Below, piece after piece: positions 1 through 9,024 of a DNA stretch of 64,000 nucleotides. Below the pieces are notes generated by a model. It saw only the letters and a list, made by a program, of their open reading frames with translations. It had not been told where the DNA came from and searched no databases. A program made the translations under genes and the position numbers. Every line of letters starts with the position of its first letter. The stretch's first letter is position 1. The stretch is from an uncultured bacterium (GTDB taxonomy: Bacteria > Electryoneota > B3-LCP). The stretch covers positions 746 through 64,745 of the forward strand of contig CAZUTK010000005.1 in the NCBI GenBank assembly GCA_964623265.1, written 5' to 3'.

Positions 1-32
1 GCTACGCTTTCGTCGGATCGGGAGACGGGAAG

Positions 33-2675
33 GTGATCTCCGTCCAGGCGATGAGTCCGCCGTCTTCTGAGCGGAGTAACACGGGGCTTATTCCCTCGTG
101 GAAAGTGATCGAGACTGACGCCTGGAAGAGGCTGATGGCGGCGGAAAATCGGTGTGCACCGATCCCTCCAACTTCGCCGCCGCCGACTCGCGCCGACCTC
201 TGGGCGGTGCTGATGAACGGCGGCTATGATTCCGGCAACAATCATGTGCGCTATTGGAACGATCTCTCCAATATATACATTACTTTGAATTACACGTATG
301 GCTACGCCGACGACCATATCATCGTGCTCTGTTCGGACGGAACCAATCCGGCGCCGGATCAATCCAACGGGCAGAATTCCAATCCCGACCTGGACAACGA
401 CGGCGATGCCGACATTATGTACTCCTGCATTTTGTCCAATGTGGATCTGGTGTTCGGCTGGCTGGCGACGCATCTGACCGCGGACGACAAATTGTTTATT
501 TTCACGACGGATCATGGCAGTTCGGCGGGCGGATGGAATACGGTGCAGAACCTTTGGAACCACGAGGAGCTGACGGACGCGCATTTTGCGGAACTGCTGG
601 CGGCGCTGCCGCAGTGCGAGATAATCTGCACGCTGGAACCCTGTTATTCCGGGGGATTTTTGGATAACATCGTGGTGCCGCCGGGACCGGTTGTGGCATC
701 ATCCGCTTGCCGTTATGATGAATCTTCCTGGGCGATGTCCAATCTCGAATACGACGAATACGTATTTCACTGGACGGCGGCGGTCAAGGGCAGCGATGCG
801 TACGGCGTGCCGGTGAACGCGGATTACAACCACGATGGCATTGTTTCGATGACGGAGGCGTTTCAATACGCATATGAGCACGATATGGCTTCGGAAGAGC
901 CGCAGTACGGGGATTATCCGCACGGCATCGGAGCAGGCATTTCGCTTTGGCCCACCGGACCCGGGCCGTTCCTGGTAGTGGCGGATCGGGTGCTGGATGA
1001 TATCGGCGGCAACAACAACGGTGCTCCCGACCCGGGCGAGACCGTCAGCATGCTGGTGACTTTAAGCAATGTCGGAAACGGATCGGCGACGAACATTCAG
1101 GGGATTTTATCCAGCACCGATCCGTATCTGACGATCACGCAGAACTTTGCCTCTTATCCGAATCTGGGGCATTTCGAACAGGGGCAGGGGACTCCGGCTT
1201 ACCAGATGGAGATCAGCGGTGCCTGTCCTCAGGGGATGACGGTGACGTGCAATCTGCATCTGGAAGCGGACAGCGCCTACACCAACGACGTCTTGATCGT
1301 CTTCGTGGTGGGGGATCCCATCTTCAACCCGACTGGACCTGACCAGCACGGATATCTAGCTTACGATCCCTTTGACATCCCGGAGCTTCCGCAGTACGAA
1401 TGGGTGGAGATCAGCGCGGATTCGGGCGGTCCGGGGACGATGGTGCCTTTCATCAGCGACGATCAGACGTTCAGTTACGCTCTGCCCTTTTCCTTCCGCT
1501 ATTACGGCGTAAATTTCGACTCGTTCACGGTGGCGACCAACGGCTGGATCGGGATGGGGGTGATTACGGCGGATGATTACTCCAATTCCGGTATTCCCAA
1601 CGCCGATGGACCGCCGAATATGATCGCGGGGTATTGGGAGGATCTATCGCCGCAGCGCGCCAATTCCGGGAAGGTCTGGCGCTGGTTCGACGCCGCCGGT
1701 CATCGCTTAATCGTGGAGTATAATCACGTGGAGCAGTATGCGCCCACGGGCAGTTTCGAAACCTTCCAGGTCATCCTCTTCGATCCGGTGTCTTATCCGA
1801 CCCCGACCGGGGATGGGCGGATCCTGTTCCAGTACAAACAGATGTCCGCCGCGGCGGCGGATGAAGGCACGATCGGCATCGAGAACGGCGCGGAAAACGA
1901 CGGCTTGCAGTATTTCTTCGACGGCGCTTACGATCCCTGCGCGCATGCGGTCACCGAGCGGTTCGCTCTGCTGTTCACCACGGCGGCGCTGGTGCCGACG
2001 GTCACGGTTTCTCTGACGCCTTATGGGACTCCCATCCAGATCCCCGCCGGCGGTGGAAGTTTCAACTTCAACATCGCGGTCGCCAATCAGGAATCTGCGC
2101 CGCAGTCGTTTCAGGGCTGGTGCGATGTGACGCTGCCGAACGGCTCCACGTACGGTCCGGTGCTGGGTCCCATATCGCTGACCCTACCGTCCGGCGCATC
2201 CATCAACCGCGACCGCACGCAGTCCGTGCCGGCTTCTGCGCCCGCAGGAGCTTATTCCTATAATGCTCATGTGGGGAATTATCCATCTACGATCTGGTCC
2301 AGCGACAGCTTCCCCTTCACCAAGCTGACCACGGGCGACGGCGTTCCGGTTTCCGGCTGGGAGAACACGGGGGAGAGCTTCGATCTTTCGCCGGTCGCGG
2401 TGAGTGCGCCGTCGGAGTTCGCTCTGCGCGGGGCATACCCTAACCCGTTCAACCCTGCGACGCGGATTCGGTATGATCTGCCGGAGGCGGTCCGGGTCAG
2501 CTTGAAGGTGTACGACATCCAAGGGCGGCACGTCGCGGATCTGGCGAACGGTTGGCGTGAGGCGGGGGCTCACGAGGTGAGCTTCGATGCGTCGCAGCTG
2601 CCGTCGGGCGTCTATGTGGTGCGCTTGGAAGCGGGAGATTTCAGCGCCGCATCAAAGATTGTGCTGATGAAGTGA
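33..2675 (+). CDS. Secreted gingipain-like (C25 / clan CD) cysteine peptidase with T9SS C-terminal sorting domain. Probably 5'-partial: the frame is open to the window edge and there is no signal peptide.
   Basis: His-Gly/Cys dyad context 'TTDHGSS' ... 'EPCYSGGF', compare 'ITCNTGGF' in the 44015 protein. A C-terminal ~80 aa 'YPNPFNPATRIRYDL...VYVVRLEAGDFSAASKIVLMK' is typical of a Por/T9SS CTD. An internal ~200 aa region is paralogous to 44015..48172 ('LPFSFRYYG...TPTGDGxILFQY'). The frame is open from nt 3. Confidence 0.6.
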   Translation: MISVQAMSPPSSERSNTGLIPSWKVIETDAWKRLMAAENRCAPIPPTSPPPTRADLWAVLMNGGYDSGNNHVRYWNDLSNIYITLNYTYGYADDHIIVLCSDGTNPAPDQSNGQNSNPDLDNDGDADIMYSCILSNVDLVFGWLATHLTADDKLFIFTTDHGSSAGGWNTVQNLWNHEELTDAHFAELLAALPQCEIICTLEPCYSGGFLDNIVVPPGPVVASSACRYDESSWAMSNLEYDEYVFHWTAAVKGSDAYGVPVNADYNHDGIVSMTEAFQYAYEHDMASEEPQYGDYPHGIGAGISLWPTGPGPFLVVADRVLDDIGGNNNGAPDPGETVSMLVTLSNVGNGSATNIQGILSSTDPYLTITQNFASYPNLGHFEQGQGTPAYQMEISGACPQGMTVTCNLHLEADSAYTNDVLIVFVVGDPIFNPTGPDQHGYLAYDPFDIPELPQYEWVEISADSGGPGTMVPFISDDQTFSYALPFSFRYYGVNFDSFTVATNGWIGMGVITADDYSNSGIPNADGPPNMIAGYWEDLSPQRANSGKVWRWFDAAGHRLIVEYNHVEQYAPTGSFETFQVILFDPVSYPTPTGDGRILFQYKQMSAAAADEGTIGIENGAENDGLQYFFDGAYDPCAHAVTERFALLFTTAALVPTVTVSLTPYGTPIQIPAGGGSFNFNIAVANQESAPQSFQGWCDVTLPNGSTYGPVLGPISLTLPSGASINRDRTQSVPASAPAGAYSYNAHVGNYPSTIWSSDSFPFTKLTTGDGVPVSGWENTGESFDLSPVAVSAPSEFALRGAYPNPFNPATRIRYDLPEAVRVSLKVYDIQGRHVADLANGWREAGAHEVSFDASQLPSGVYVVRLEAGDFSAASKIVLMK

Positions 2676-2698
2676 ACAAGACAGGCGGAAATCTACGA

Positions 2699-2732
2699 CA
2701 GGGGACGCGGGTGCGCGTTCCCTGTTTTTTTG
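2699..2732 (+). terminator. Rho-independent terminator after the first protease gene.
   Basis: An 11-bp GC-rich stem 'caggggacgcg/cgcgttccctg' (one G-U wobble), loop 'ggtg', followed by T8. Confidence 0.6.
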
Positions 2733-2911
2733 TTGCACTGCAACAAATTCTATAGAAAAAATGTAGTAACGGAAGTGTCAGATTAAAAGACTTCAAGCGA
2801 TAAAATTCACATTGTGAAATTTTTCAATTTAGTGCTTGATTTCCCGCGCGTCTTTTATTACCTTGTTGCCGACGGAAGAAATACGACAATTATGTTGCAA
2901 ATATGTTGCAA
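2730..2911. promoter_or_regulatory. Candidate operator/promoter region of the hdr/frd-like operon with repeated TGTTGCAA elements.
   Basis: A perfect 8-bp inverted repeat TTGTTGCA-c-TGCAACAA lies at 2730-2746. A direct repeat 'ATGTTGCAA at ATGTTGCAA' lies at 2892-2911, and TTGTTGC at 2863-2869. All are within 300 bp upstream of the ATG at 3006. Confidence 0.35.
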
Positions 2912-3005
2912 CGGGAACATCGCGCGGGGAATGCCCTTCGATCCGACCTCCGAATGGGGGCACGTTGACATCCGGATCCCCCGAAGATAAACGACGAGAA
3001 CACCC

Positions 3006-3413
3006 ATGCCGATCCTCCTATCCGACGATACCGTTTCCCTCGAATTCATCCGCAAAGTGGAAGAGATCAGCGGCGAGAATTTCAGCCAATGCATGCAATG
3101 CGGCACCTGTTCTGGAATGTGCCCGATGATCGGGCAGATGAATCTGACGCCTCGCCGCCTGCTGTTGCTGACCCGGTTCGGACAGAAGGAGACGGTGCTG
3201 GGCGCCAACACCATCTGGCTGTGTGCCTCGTGCCACAGCTGTCTGGTGCGCTGTCCGCGCGGTTTGGATCTGCCCAAAATCATGGAGGCGGTGAGGCAGA
3301 TCGTCTTGCGCACCAATGAGAATTATCTCGAGCCTTTCGAGGTGCCGGACGAGATTTTGGAAGGTGTGCCTCCGATCGCACTGGTGAGCTGTTTCCGCAA
3401 ACACACGGCGTAA
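3006..3413 (+). CDS. hdrC: Heterodisulfide reductase subunit C-like protein with two [4Fe-4S] ferredoxin motifs.
   Basis: 'CMQCGTCSGMCP' and 'CASCHSCLVRCP' are two CxxCxxCxxxCP motifs. The size (135 aa) fits HdrC. Confidence 0.65.
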   Translation: MPILLSDDTVSLEFIRKVEEISGENFSQCMQCGTCSGMCPMIGQMNLTPRRLLLLTRFGQKETVLGANTIWLCASCHSCLVRCPRGLDLPKIMEAVRQIVLRTNENYLEPFEVPDEILEGVPPIALVSCFRKHTA

Positions 3414-3421
3414 GGTTGAAG

Positions 3422-4312
3422 ATGAAAATAGGCTACTACCCCGGTTGCACTCTGAAGTCGCACGCGAGAAATTTGGAACGATCGGCGCTGCATTCGCTGG
3501 CGGTTTTGGGCGTCGAAGTGGAAGAGCTGGAACGCTGGAACTGCTGCGGAGCCGTTTATTCGCTGGCGGACGATGATTTGATCCACATTTTGGCGCCGGT
3601 GCGGGATCTCATCCGCGCCAAAGATCAGGGTTTCGATACCGTGATGACGCTCTGTTCGATGTGCTACAACACGCTGGCTCGCGCCAATTTGTTGATGAAG
3701 CACGACGAAGTCAAGCGCAAGACCATCAACACTTTTATGGAAGAAGAGAGCGATTATTCGGGAGAAGTCGAAGTCGTTCACTTGTTGAATTATTTGCGCG
3801 ACCGCGTCGGGTGGGATAAGGTGCGAGCCGCGGTGCGCCAACCGCTGCATGGTCTGAGGCTGGCACCATACTACGGCTGCACATTGACCCGTCCCCGCGA
3901 GGTTTCCATAGATCCGGCGGTGGATCCGGTCGTGTTCAAGGATTTTGTGGAAGCGCTGGGGGCGGAATACGTGGATTTCAGCCGAGCCGCGGATTGCTGC
4001 AGCTCCTATCAGATGATTTCGAATCCGGAGGCGGCGCTGGAGACAGCCGCAGGAATCATCGCTTCCGCCGAAGAAAAGCAGGCGGAGGCTCTGGTGCTGA
4101 GCTGTCCGCTTTGCGAATATAATTTAGGACGCAGGCAGGGGGATATCATCCAGAAGCATCAGGAATTGAAGCCGCTGCCGGCCTATTATTTCACTCAGCT
4201 TCTGGCGGTCGCTCTGGGGCTGGATGCCGGGATCGCGCAATTCTCGACGCATGGAGCGAATGCTTCGGGACTGCTGGAAAAAAAGGGATTCATCAAAGCG
4301 ACTTGTCTCTGA
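3422..4312 (+). CDS. hdrB: Heterodisulfide reductase subunit B-like (CCG-domain) protein. It could equally be a type-E succinate dehydrogenase SdhE / methylmenaquinol:fumarate reductase MfrE-like subunit.
   Basis: Two Cys-rich CCG-type motifs ('WNCCGAV...CSMCYN', 'YYGCT...DCCSS...LSCPLCEYN'). Size ~297 aa. It is adjacent to the hdrC-like gene. Confidence 0.6.
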   Translation: MKIGYYPGCTLKSHARNLERSALHSLAVLGVEVEELERWNCCGAVYSLADDDLIHILAPVRDLIRAKDQGFDTVMTLCSMCYNTLARANLLMKHDEVKRKTINTFMEEESDYSGEVEVVHLLNYLRDRVGWDKVRAAVRQPLHGLRLAPYYGCTLTRPREVSIDPAVDPVVFKDFVEALGAEYVDFSRAADCCSSYQMISNPEAALETAAGIIASAEEKQAEALVLSCPLCEYNLGRRQGDIIQKHQELKPLPAYYFTQLLAVALGLDAGIAQFSTHGANASGLLEKKGFIKATCL

Positions 4313-4412
4313 GGATAGAACCACGCAGGTACGTGCTGCCTGAAATAAACTTACTTAAGGAAATTTCTATCACCGGGATGAAACCCGGATCTAAGGATCA
4401 ACGAGGCGTTCG

Positions 4413-5225
4413 ATGAGCGTGAAAGAAAAGGCCGTTCAGGAACCGGAAATGCCGGTGGTGCAAGAGAATTTGATCCCCATCTATATCATGGGGAAAAGAT
4501 ACGATGTGCCGGAATCCCTGACGATCATGAAGGCGATGGAGTATGCCGGATACAAGTTCATCCGCGGCGCGGGCTGCCGCGGCGGCGTCTGCGGCGCCTG
4601 CGGGACGGTGTACCGGCTGCCGGGCGACTATCACATCCGAGTCGGGCTGGCTTGCCAAACGGTGGTGATTCCCAATATGTATCTGACGCAGATTCCGTTT
4701 TATCCCGCCAACCGCGCGGTCTTCGACTGGAACAGCATCAAGGGAGAGGCGGAGGAGGTCTATAAAGCCTATCCTGAGCTGTTTCGCTGTCTGGCGTGCA
4801 ACGCCTGCTCGAAGGTTTGTCCGATGGATATCCCGGTCATGGATTACATCGCGGCGATCAAGCGCGGGGATCTGGATAAGGCGGCGGAGATTTCGTTTGA
4901 CTGCATTCAGTGCGGATTGTGCGCCACGCGCTGCATGGGGGAGATGGCGCAGTATCACATCGCGCAGATGGTGCGCCGTTTGCGGGGCCGTTTTATCTCC
5001 AAGCCCAGCGCGCATTGCGACCATCAGGTGGAAGCCATCCGGTCGGGATATTACGACGGCTACATCAACGAATTGAAGGCGTTGGGGGCAGTGGATCCCT
5101 TCGCGGCGAAAAAAGGGGATGCAAATATCGAGAAGCTGAAGAAGCTCTACAAGGAGCGGGAAGAGGAGCCGCACACCGCGGACGATCGTTGGAAACCGCA
5201 GAGCGATTACGCTCTGTTGAAATAG
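4413..5225 (+). CDS. Succinate dehydrogenase / fumarate reductase iron-sulfur subunit family protein (2Fe-2S plus two 4Fe-4S motifs).
   Basis: A 2Fe-2S motif 'GCRGGVCGACG...C'. Motifs 'CLACNACSKVCP' and 'CIQCGLCATRC'. It is followed by the flavoprotein gene. Confidence 0.6.
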   Translation: MSVKEKAVQEPEMPVVQENLIPIYIMGKRYDVPESLTIMKAMEYAGYKFIRGAGCRGGVCGACGTVYRLPGDYHIRVGLACQTVVIPNMYLTQIPFYPANRAVFDWNSIKGEAEEVYKAYPELFRCLACNACSKVCPMDIPVMDYIAAIKRGDLDKAAEISFDCIQCGLCATRCMGEMAQYHIAQMVRRLRGRFISKPSAHCDHQVEAIRSGYYDGYINELKALGAVDPFAAKKGDANIEKLKKLYKEREEEPHTADDRWKPQSDYALLK

Positions 5226-5314
5226 GAAGACGTTGGACCGGCGCAGACCGCGCCGCACCGGCTGAGCTGCGAAGGGAGAATCAAGCCGGCGAAATTGAGA
5301 GGAAACGAGGAGAA

Positions 5315-6988
5315 ATGGGCTATCCGGACGGATTAAAGCAGTTGATCAAGAGGGTGGAAGCGACCCGCCCCGAGCGGATCGCACGCAAGAAAGCCGGTCA
5401 GGAGTTTCCGGCGTTGAGCTTGGAAGATCGGCACAAGGTGTTGCACGCTTTTCACCCGGATGTCAAGGAAGAGGGGCGCCGGGAAATCACGGTGGGTCCG
5501 AATAAGGGGTACCGAATCTGCCATGAGATGGTGGATTTGCTGGAGGCGCGCAGCCGCGTCAATCCGGATAAGATTGACCTGACGCGTTGGGATTATGAAA
5601 CGGATGTTCTGGTGATCGGCGGCGGCGGCGCCGGCACGGCTGCAGCTCTGCTGGCTCAGGAACAAGGCGCCAAGGTGATCATCGCCACCAAGCTGCGCCA
5701 CGGCGACGCCAATACGATGATGGCGGAAGGCGGCATCCAAGCCGCCACGAAAGGGTGGAAGGATTCGCCTTACTATCACTACTTGGACGTGATGGGCGGG
5801 GGCCACTTCACCAATGTGCCGGAATTGGTGGAGAAGCTGGTCACGGAAGCGCCGGACGTCATCCGCTGGCTGCTGTCGCTGGGCTGCAACTTCAGCAAAT
5901 ATGAAGACGGCACTCTCCAGACGATGCACGGGGGCGGCACCTGCCGCAAACGGATGCATTTCGCGGCGGATATCACCGGCGCGGAAATGATGCGCACCAT
6001 CCGGGACGAAGCCCGCAACCGCGTGAAGGATATCACCGTGCTGGAATTTTCGCCCGCCGTGGAATTGATTCTGAACGATAAGGGTCGCTGCGCCGGCGCG
6101 GTGCTTTACAATATGGAAACCGCCGAATACATCATCGTAAAGGCGAAATCGGTGGTGATGGCGACCGGCGGTAGCGGCAGGCTGCACGTGCAGAATTTCA
6201 TGACCACCAACCACTATGGCGCCACCGCCGACGGGATTGTCCTGGGCTATCGAGCCGGCGTTCCGGTTTGCTTTCTGCACACCATCCAATACCATCCCAC
6301 AGGCGTCATTTATCCGGAACAGGCGGAAGGCATCCTAATAACGGAGAAGTTCCGCGGCGCCGGAGCCAATCTGGTCAACGTGGACGGCGAACAGTTCGTA
6401 TTCGAACGGGAGCCTCGGGACATTGAAGCCGCCTGCATCATCCGCGAATGCGTGGAGCGGGGCAAAGGCGTGCCCACTCCGACCGGCAAGTTCGGGGTCT
6501 GGCTGGACAGCCCCATGCTGGATTTGATGTTCGGTTCGGGATATGTGAAGAAGGAGTTCCCCGGCAAGCACATCTTGTACAGCCGGTTCGGCATTGACAT
6601 CGGCAAGGAACCGATGCTGATTTACCCCACGCTGCACTATCAGAACGGCGGACTGGAGTTCAAGGCGGACGGTTCGACCCGCATTCCAGGATTGTTTGTA
6701 GCCGGGGAAGTCGGCGGAGGCGTGCACGGGGAGAACCGGCTGATGGGCAATTCCCTGCTGGACATCATGGTCTTCGGGCGCATCGCGGGGACCAGCGCCG
6801 GAAAGTATGCGCTGAATGATTTTCAGGATGGAAAGCTCACGTTGGATCACGTCAGAAAATATCACCAGGAATTAGAAAAAGCGGGAGTCGGACAGGATCG
6901 CATCGCGCCGATGCTGCTGCCGGATTATACGCTGGAGCACGTCAAGGCGAAGCAGTTGACGGCGCATTACGAGGGCACGCTTCGCTAA
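5315..6988 (+). CDS. Fumarate reductase / succinate dehydrogenase flavoprotein-like subunit, non-covalent FAD type.
   Basis: 'DVLVIGGGGAGTAAA' dinucleotide fold. 'NTMMAEGG' has Asn where SdhA carries the covalent-FAD His ('SHTVAAQGG'). 'YHPTG' active-site motif. Start chosen at ATG 5315 with RBS 'gaggag', so the annotated 4910 start that overlaps the upstream gene is rejected. Confidence 0.65.
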   Translation: MGYPDGLKQLIKRVEATRPERIARKKAGQEFPALSLEDRHKVLHAFHPDVKEEGRREITVGPNKGYRICHEMVDLLEARSRVNPDKIDLTRWDYETDVLVIGGGGAGTAAALLAQEQGAKVIIATKLRHGDANTMMAEGGIQAATKGWKDSPYYHYLDVMGGGHFTNVPELVEKLVTEAPDVIRWLLSLGCNFSKYEDGTLQTMHGGGTCRKRMHFAADITGAEMMRTIRDEARNRVKDITVLEFSPAVELILNDKGRCAGAVLYNMETAEYIIVKAKSVVMATGGSGRLHVQNFMTTNHYGATADGIVLGYRAGVPVCFLHTIQYHPTGVIYPEQAEGILITEKFRGAGANLVNVDGEQFVFEREPRDIEAACIIRECVERGKGVPTPTGKFGVWLDSPMLDLMFGSGYVKKEFPGKHILYSRFGIDIGKEPMLIYPTLHYQNGGLEFKADGSTRIPGLFVAGEVGGGVHGENRLMGNSLLDIMVFGRIAGTSAGKYALNDFQDGKLTLDHVRKYHQELEKAGVGQDRIAPMLLPDYTLEHVKAKQLTAHYEGTLR

Positions 6989-7446
6989 ATGAATGCGAGT
7001 CGCGGGATGGTGCCGCGGCGTCGCAATAAAAACAATACAAATGATTTGTTTTTATTGTCAGGATAATTGTTATAATTATATCAATATATGAAGCTGCAGG
7101 AGAATTCATTCCGAGGCGAGGCGTGGAGAAGCTCAATCCCGAAGAACAGGACGGAACGATCGGGCGACGGCAGTGCGGCATTCCGGAGAAAGGGGTGCTC
7201 TTCCTCGTCTCTACGCCCCATCCAGCGGCTCTCTGCCTTCCCTTGCCTGCGAACTGCAGACGACTTCCGGATGAACTGCAACTTCTTTTGTGATACGAAG
7301 TCTGCAAGGACTTCAACGGACGTTGAAAAAACAGCATCTTCCTGTTGAAATTCACCCGGAAATTGCATATATTGCAGGGAGACAAATAAAAATATTCACA
7401 ATACTTGTTATGATGTTAACAAAGAAGATAAAAAGAAAGTGGCGAC

Positions 7447-8988
7447 ATGGCATCCCTGAATGAACAGACCACCGTTCAGACTGAAAGAGAAAAGCCACGC
7501 GACGCTGTGGAATCCTCTCGTTCGTTCAACTTGCAGGTCATCGCGAAGAAGTTGGATTGGAAGAGAGGGTTCTTCATTTTTTTGGGTCTGGCGCTTTTCT
7601 TGGCGGTTTATTGCGCGCCGCCTTTTGCGGATGCTGTAGATCCTCAGGGAAAGCATTTCGTCCTCTCTCAGGAAGGGAAAGCCGCATTGGGGCTCTTCCT
7701 GCTGGCTTCCACCTGGTGGATTTTCGAGGTGGTTCCGATCGGCGTGACGGGGATCCTCATCGGAGTTGTGCAGGCGCTGTTTCTCATCCGCAAAGCGGAC
7801 GTCGCGTTCAGCAATTTCTTCGATCCGTCGGTCTGGTTCATCTTCGCTTCGCTGGTCATCGGCAGGACCTTTACTAAAAGCGGGCTGACGCAGCGTATGG
7901 CGTATAATATGCTGGTGATGGTCGGCGAGAAGACCAGCATGATCTATCTGGGGTGTTTTGCGCTGATCGCGCTGCTCACGCTGCTGATGGCTCACACCGC
8001 CGTAGCCGCCACGGTCTATCCGCTTCTGGCGGCGATTTATTCCTTGTATCAGGAGGACAACCAGCCCACCCGTTTCGGCAAGGGGTTGTTCATCGGGATG
8101 GCGTTCGTGGCTGGGGCCGGCAGCATCGTGACGCTGTTGGGCGCCGCTCGCGGCGCCGTCGCCATCGGCTTCTTCAAGGATATGGCGGGACGGGAGATTT
8201 CGTTTGCGGAGTACACCTATTACCAGCTCCCCATCGGATGGATTATGGTTCTGCTGCTTTGGGCGTTTTTCATGATCTTCTTCAAGCCAGAGCGGAAGAC
8301 CATCCCGGGACTGCGCGAACGGGCGAGAGGGCTGGCGGCACGGCTGGGTCCGATGAAGAAGGTGGAATGGCAGACTCTGATCATCGTTCTGGCGGCGATT
8401 CTCATTCTCAGCCTGAGGTCTTTTATACCCGCCTTGATGCCGTTGGACAAGACGGGCATCATTCTGGTGACCACGCTGCTATTTTTCCTTCTGAAGATTC
8501 TGACGCTGCAGGATCTGGAGGAGATTCCTTGGAACATCATATTGCTTTTTGGCGGAGCGATGAGCATCGGCTTTTGCCTCTGGCAGACGGGGGCGGCAAG
8601 CTGGCTGGCTGTGCATTGGTTGACTTTGTTCCAACATGCGCACTGGTTTCTCTTCATCATGGGCATCGCCTTTTTCGTGTTGATCATGACCAATTTCATT
8701 ATGAATGTGGCGGCGATCGCCATTTCGATGCCGATCGCTCTGGTGATCGCTCCCTACCTTGGTGTAGCGCCGGAAATCGTGCTCTTCGCTTCCCTGGTGA
8801 CGGCGGGTATGCCCTTTATGTTGTTGATCGGGGCGGCGCCCAACGCCATAGCCTACGAGAGCAGACAATTCACATCTGCTGAATTTTTGCGCGCCGGGAT
8901 CGTCGCCAGCGTCTTGCTCCTGCTGGTGTTGGGAGTATTCATTCTGGTGATCTGGCCTCTGATGGGGATGCCGGTTCTGGCGAAGTGA
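7447..8988 (+). CDS. Anion permease of the ArsB/NhaD superfamily (DASS/SLC13-like); likely a di/tricarboxylate or other anion transporter.
   Basis: Multi-TM protein of 513 aa. The C-terminal hairpin motif 'GAAPNAIAY' is paralogous to the permease domain of the 11317 gene ('GTPNNAIAF'). It sits at the head of the signalling operon. Confidence 0.55.
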   Translation: MASLNEQTTVQTEREKPRDAVESSRSFNLQVIAKKLDWKRGFFIFLGLALFLAVYCAPPFADAVDPQGKHFVLSQEGKAALGLFLLASTWWIFEVVPIGVTGILIGVVQALFLIRKADVAFSNFFDPSVWFIFASLVIGRTFTKSGLTQRMAYNMLVMVGEKTSMIYLGCFALIALLTLLMAHTAVAATVYPLLAAIYSLYQEDNQPTRFGKGLFIGMAFVAGAGSIVTLLGAARGAVAIGFFKDMAGREISFAEYTYYQLPIGWIMVLLLWAFFMIFFKPERKTIPGLRERARGLAARLGPMKKVEWQTLIIVLAAILILSLRSFIPALMPLDKTGIILVTTLLFFLLKILTLQDLEEIPWNIILLFGGAMSIGFCLWQTGAASWLAVHWLTLFQHAHWFLFIMGIAFFVLIMTNFIMNVAAIAISMPIALVIAPYLGVAPEIVLFASLVTAGMPFMLLIGAAPNAIAYESRQFTSAEFLRAGIVASVLLLLVLGVFILVIWPLMGMPVLAK

Positions 8989-9024
8989 CAGTTCGCTTAC
9001 GGCGGGATAACTGCGCATATCGGG

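Noticed and set aside
4910-5314. The long 5' extension of the flavoprotein ORF (annotated start 4910), which overlaps the Fe-S subunit gene.
   Set aside because: The extension is Arg/Gly-rich and lies out of frame over a well-supported gene. A proper ATG with an RBS occurs at 5315, directly before the FAD-binding fold.
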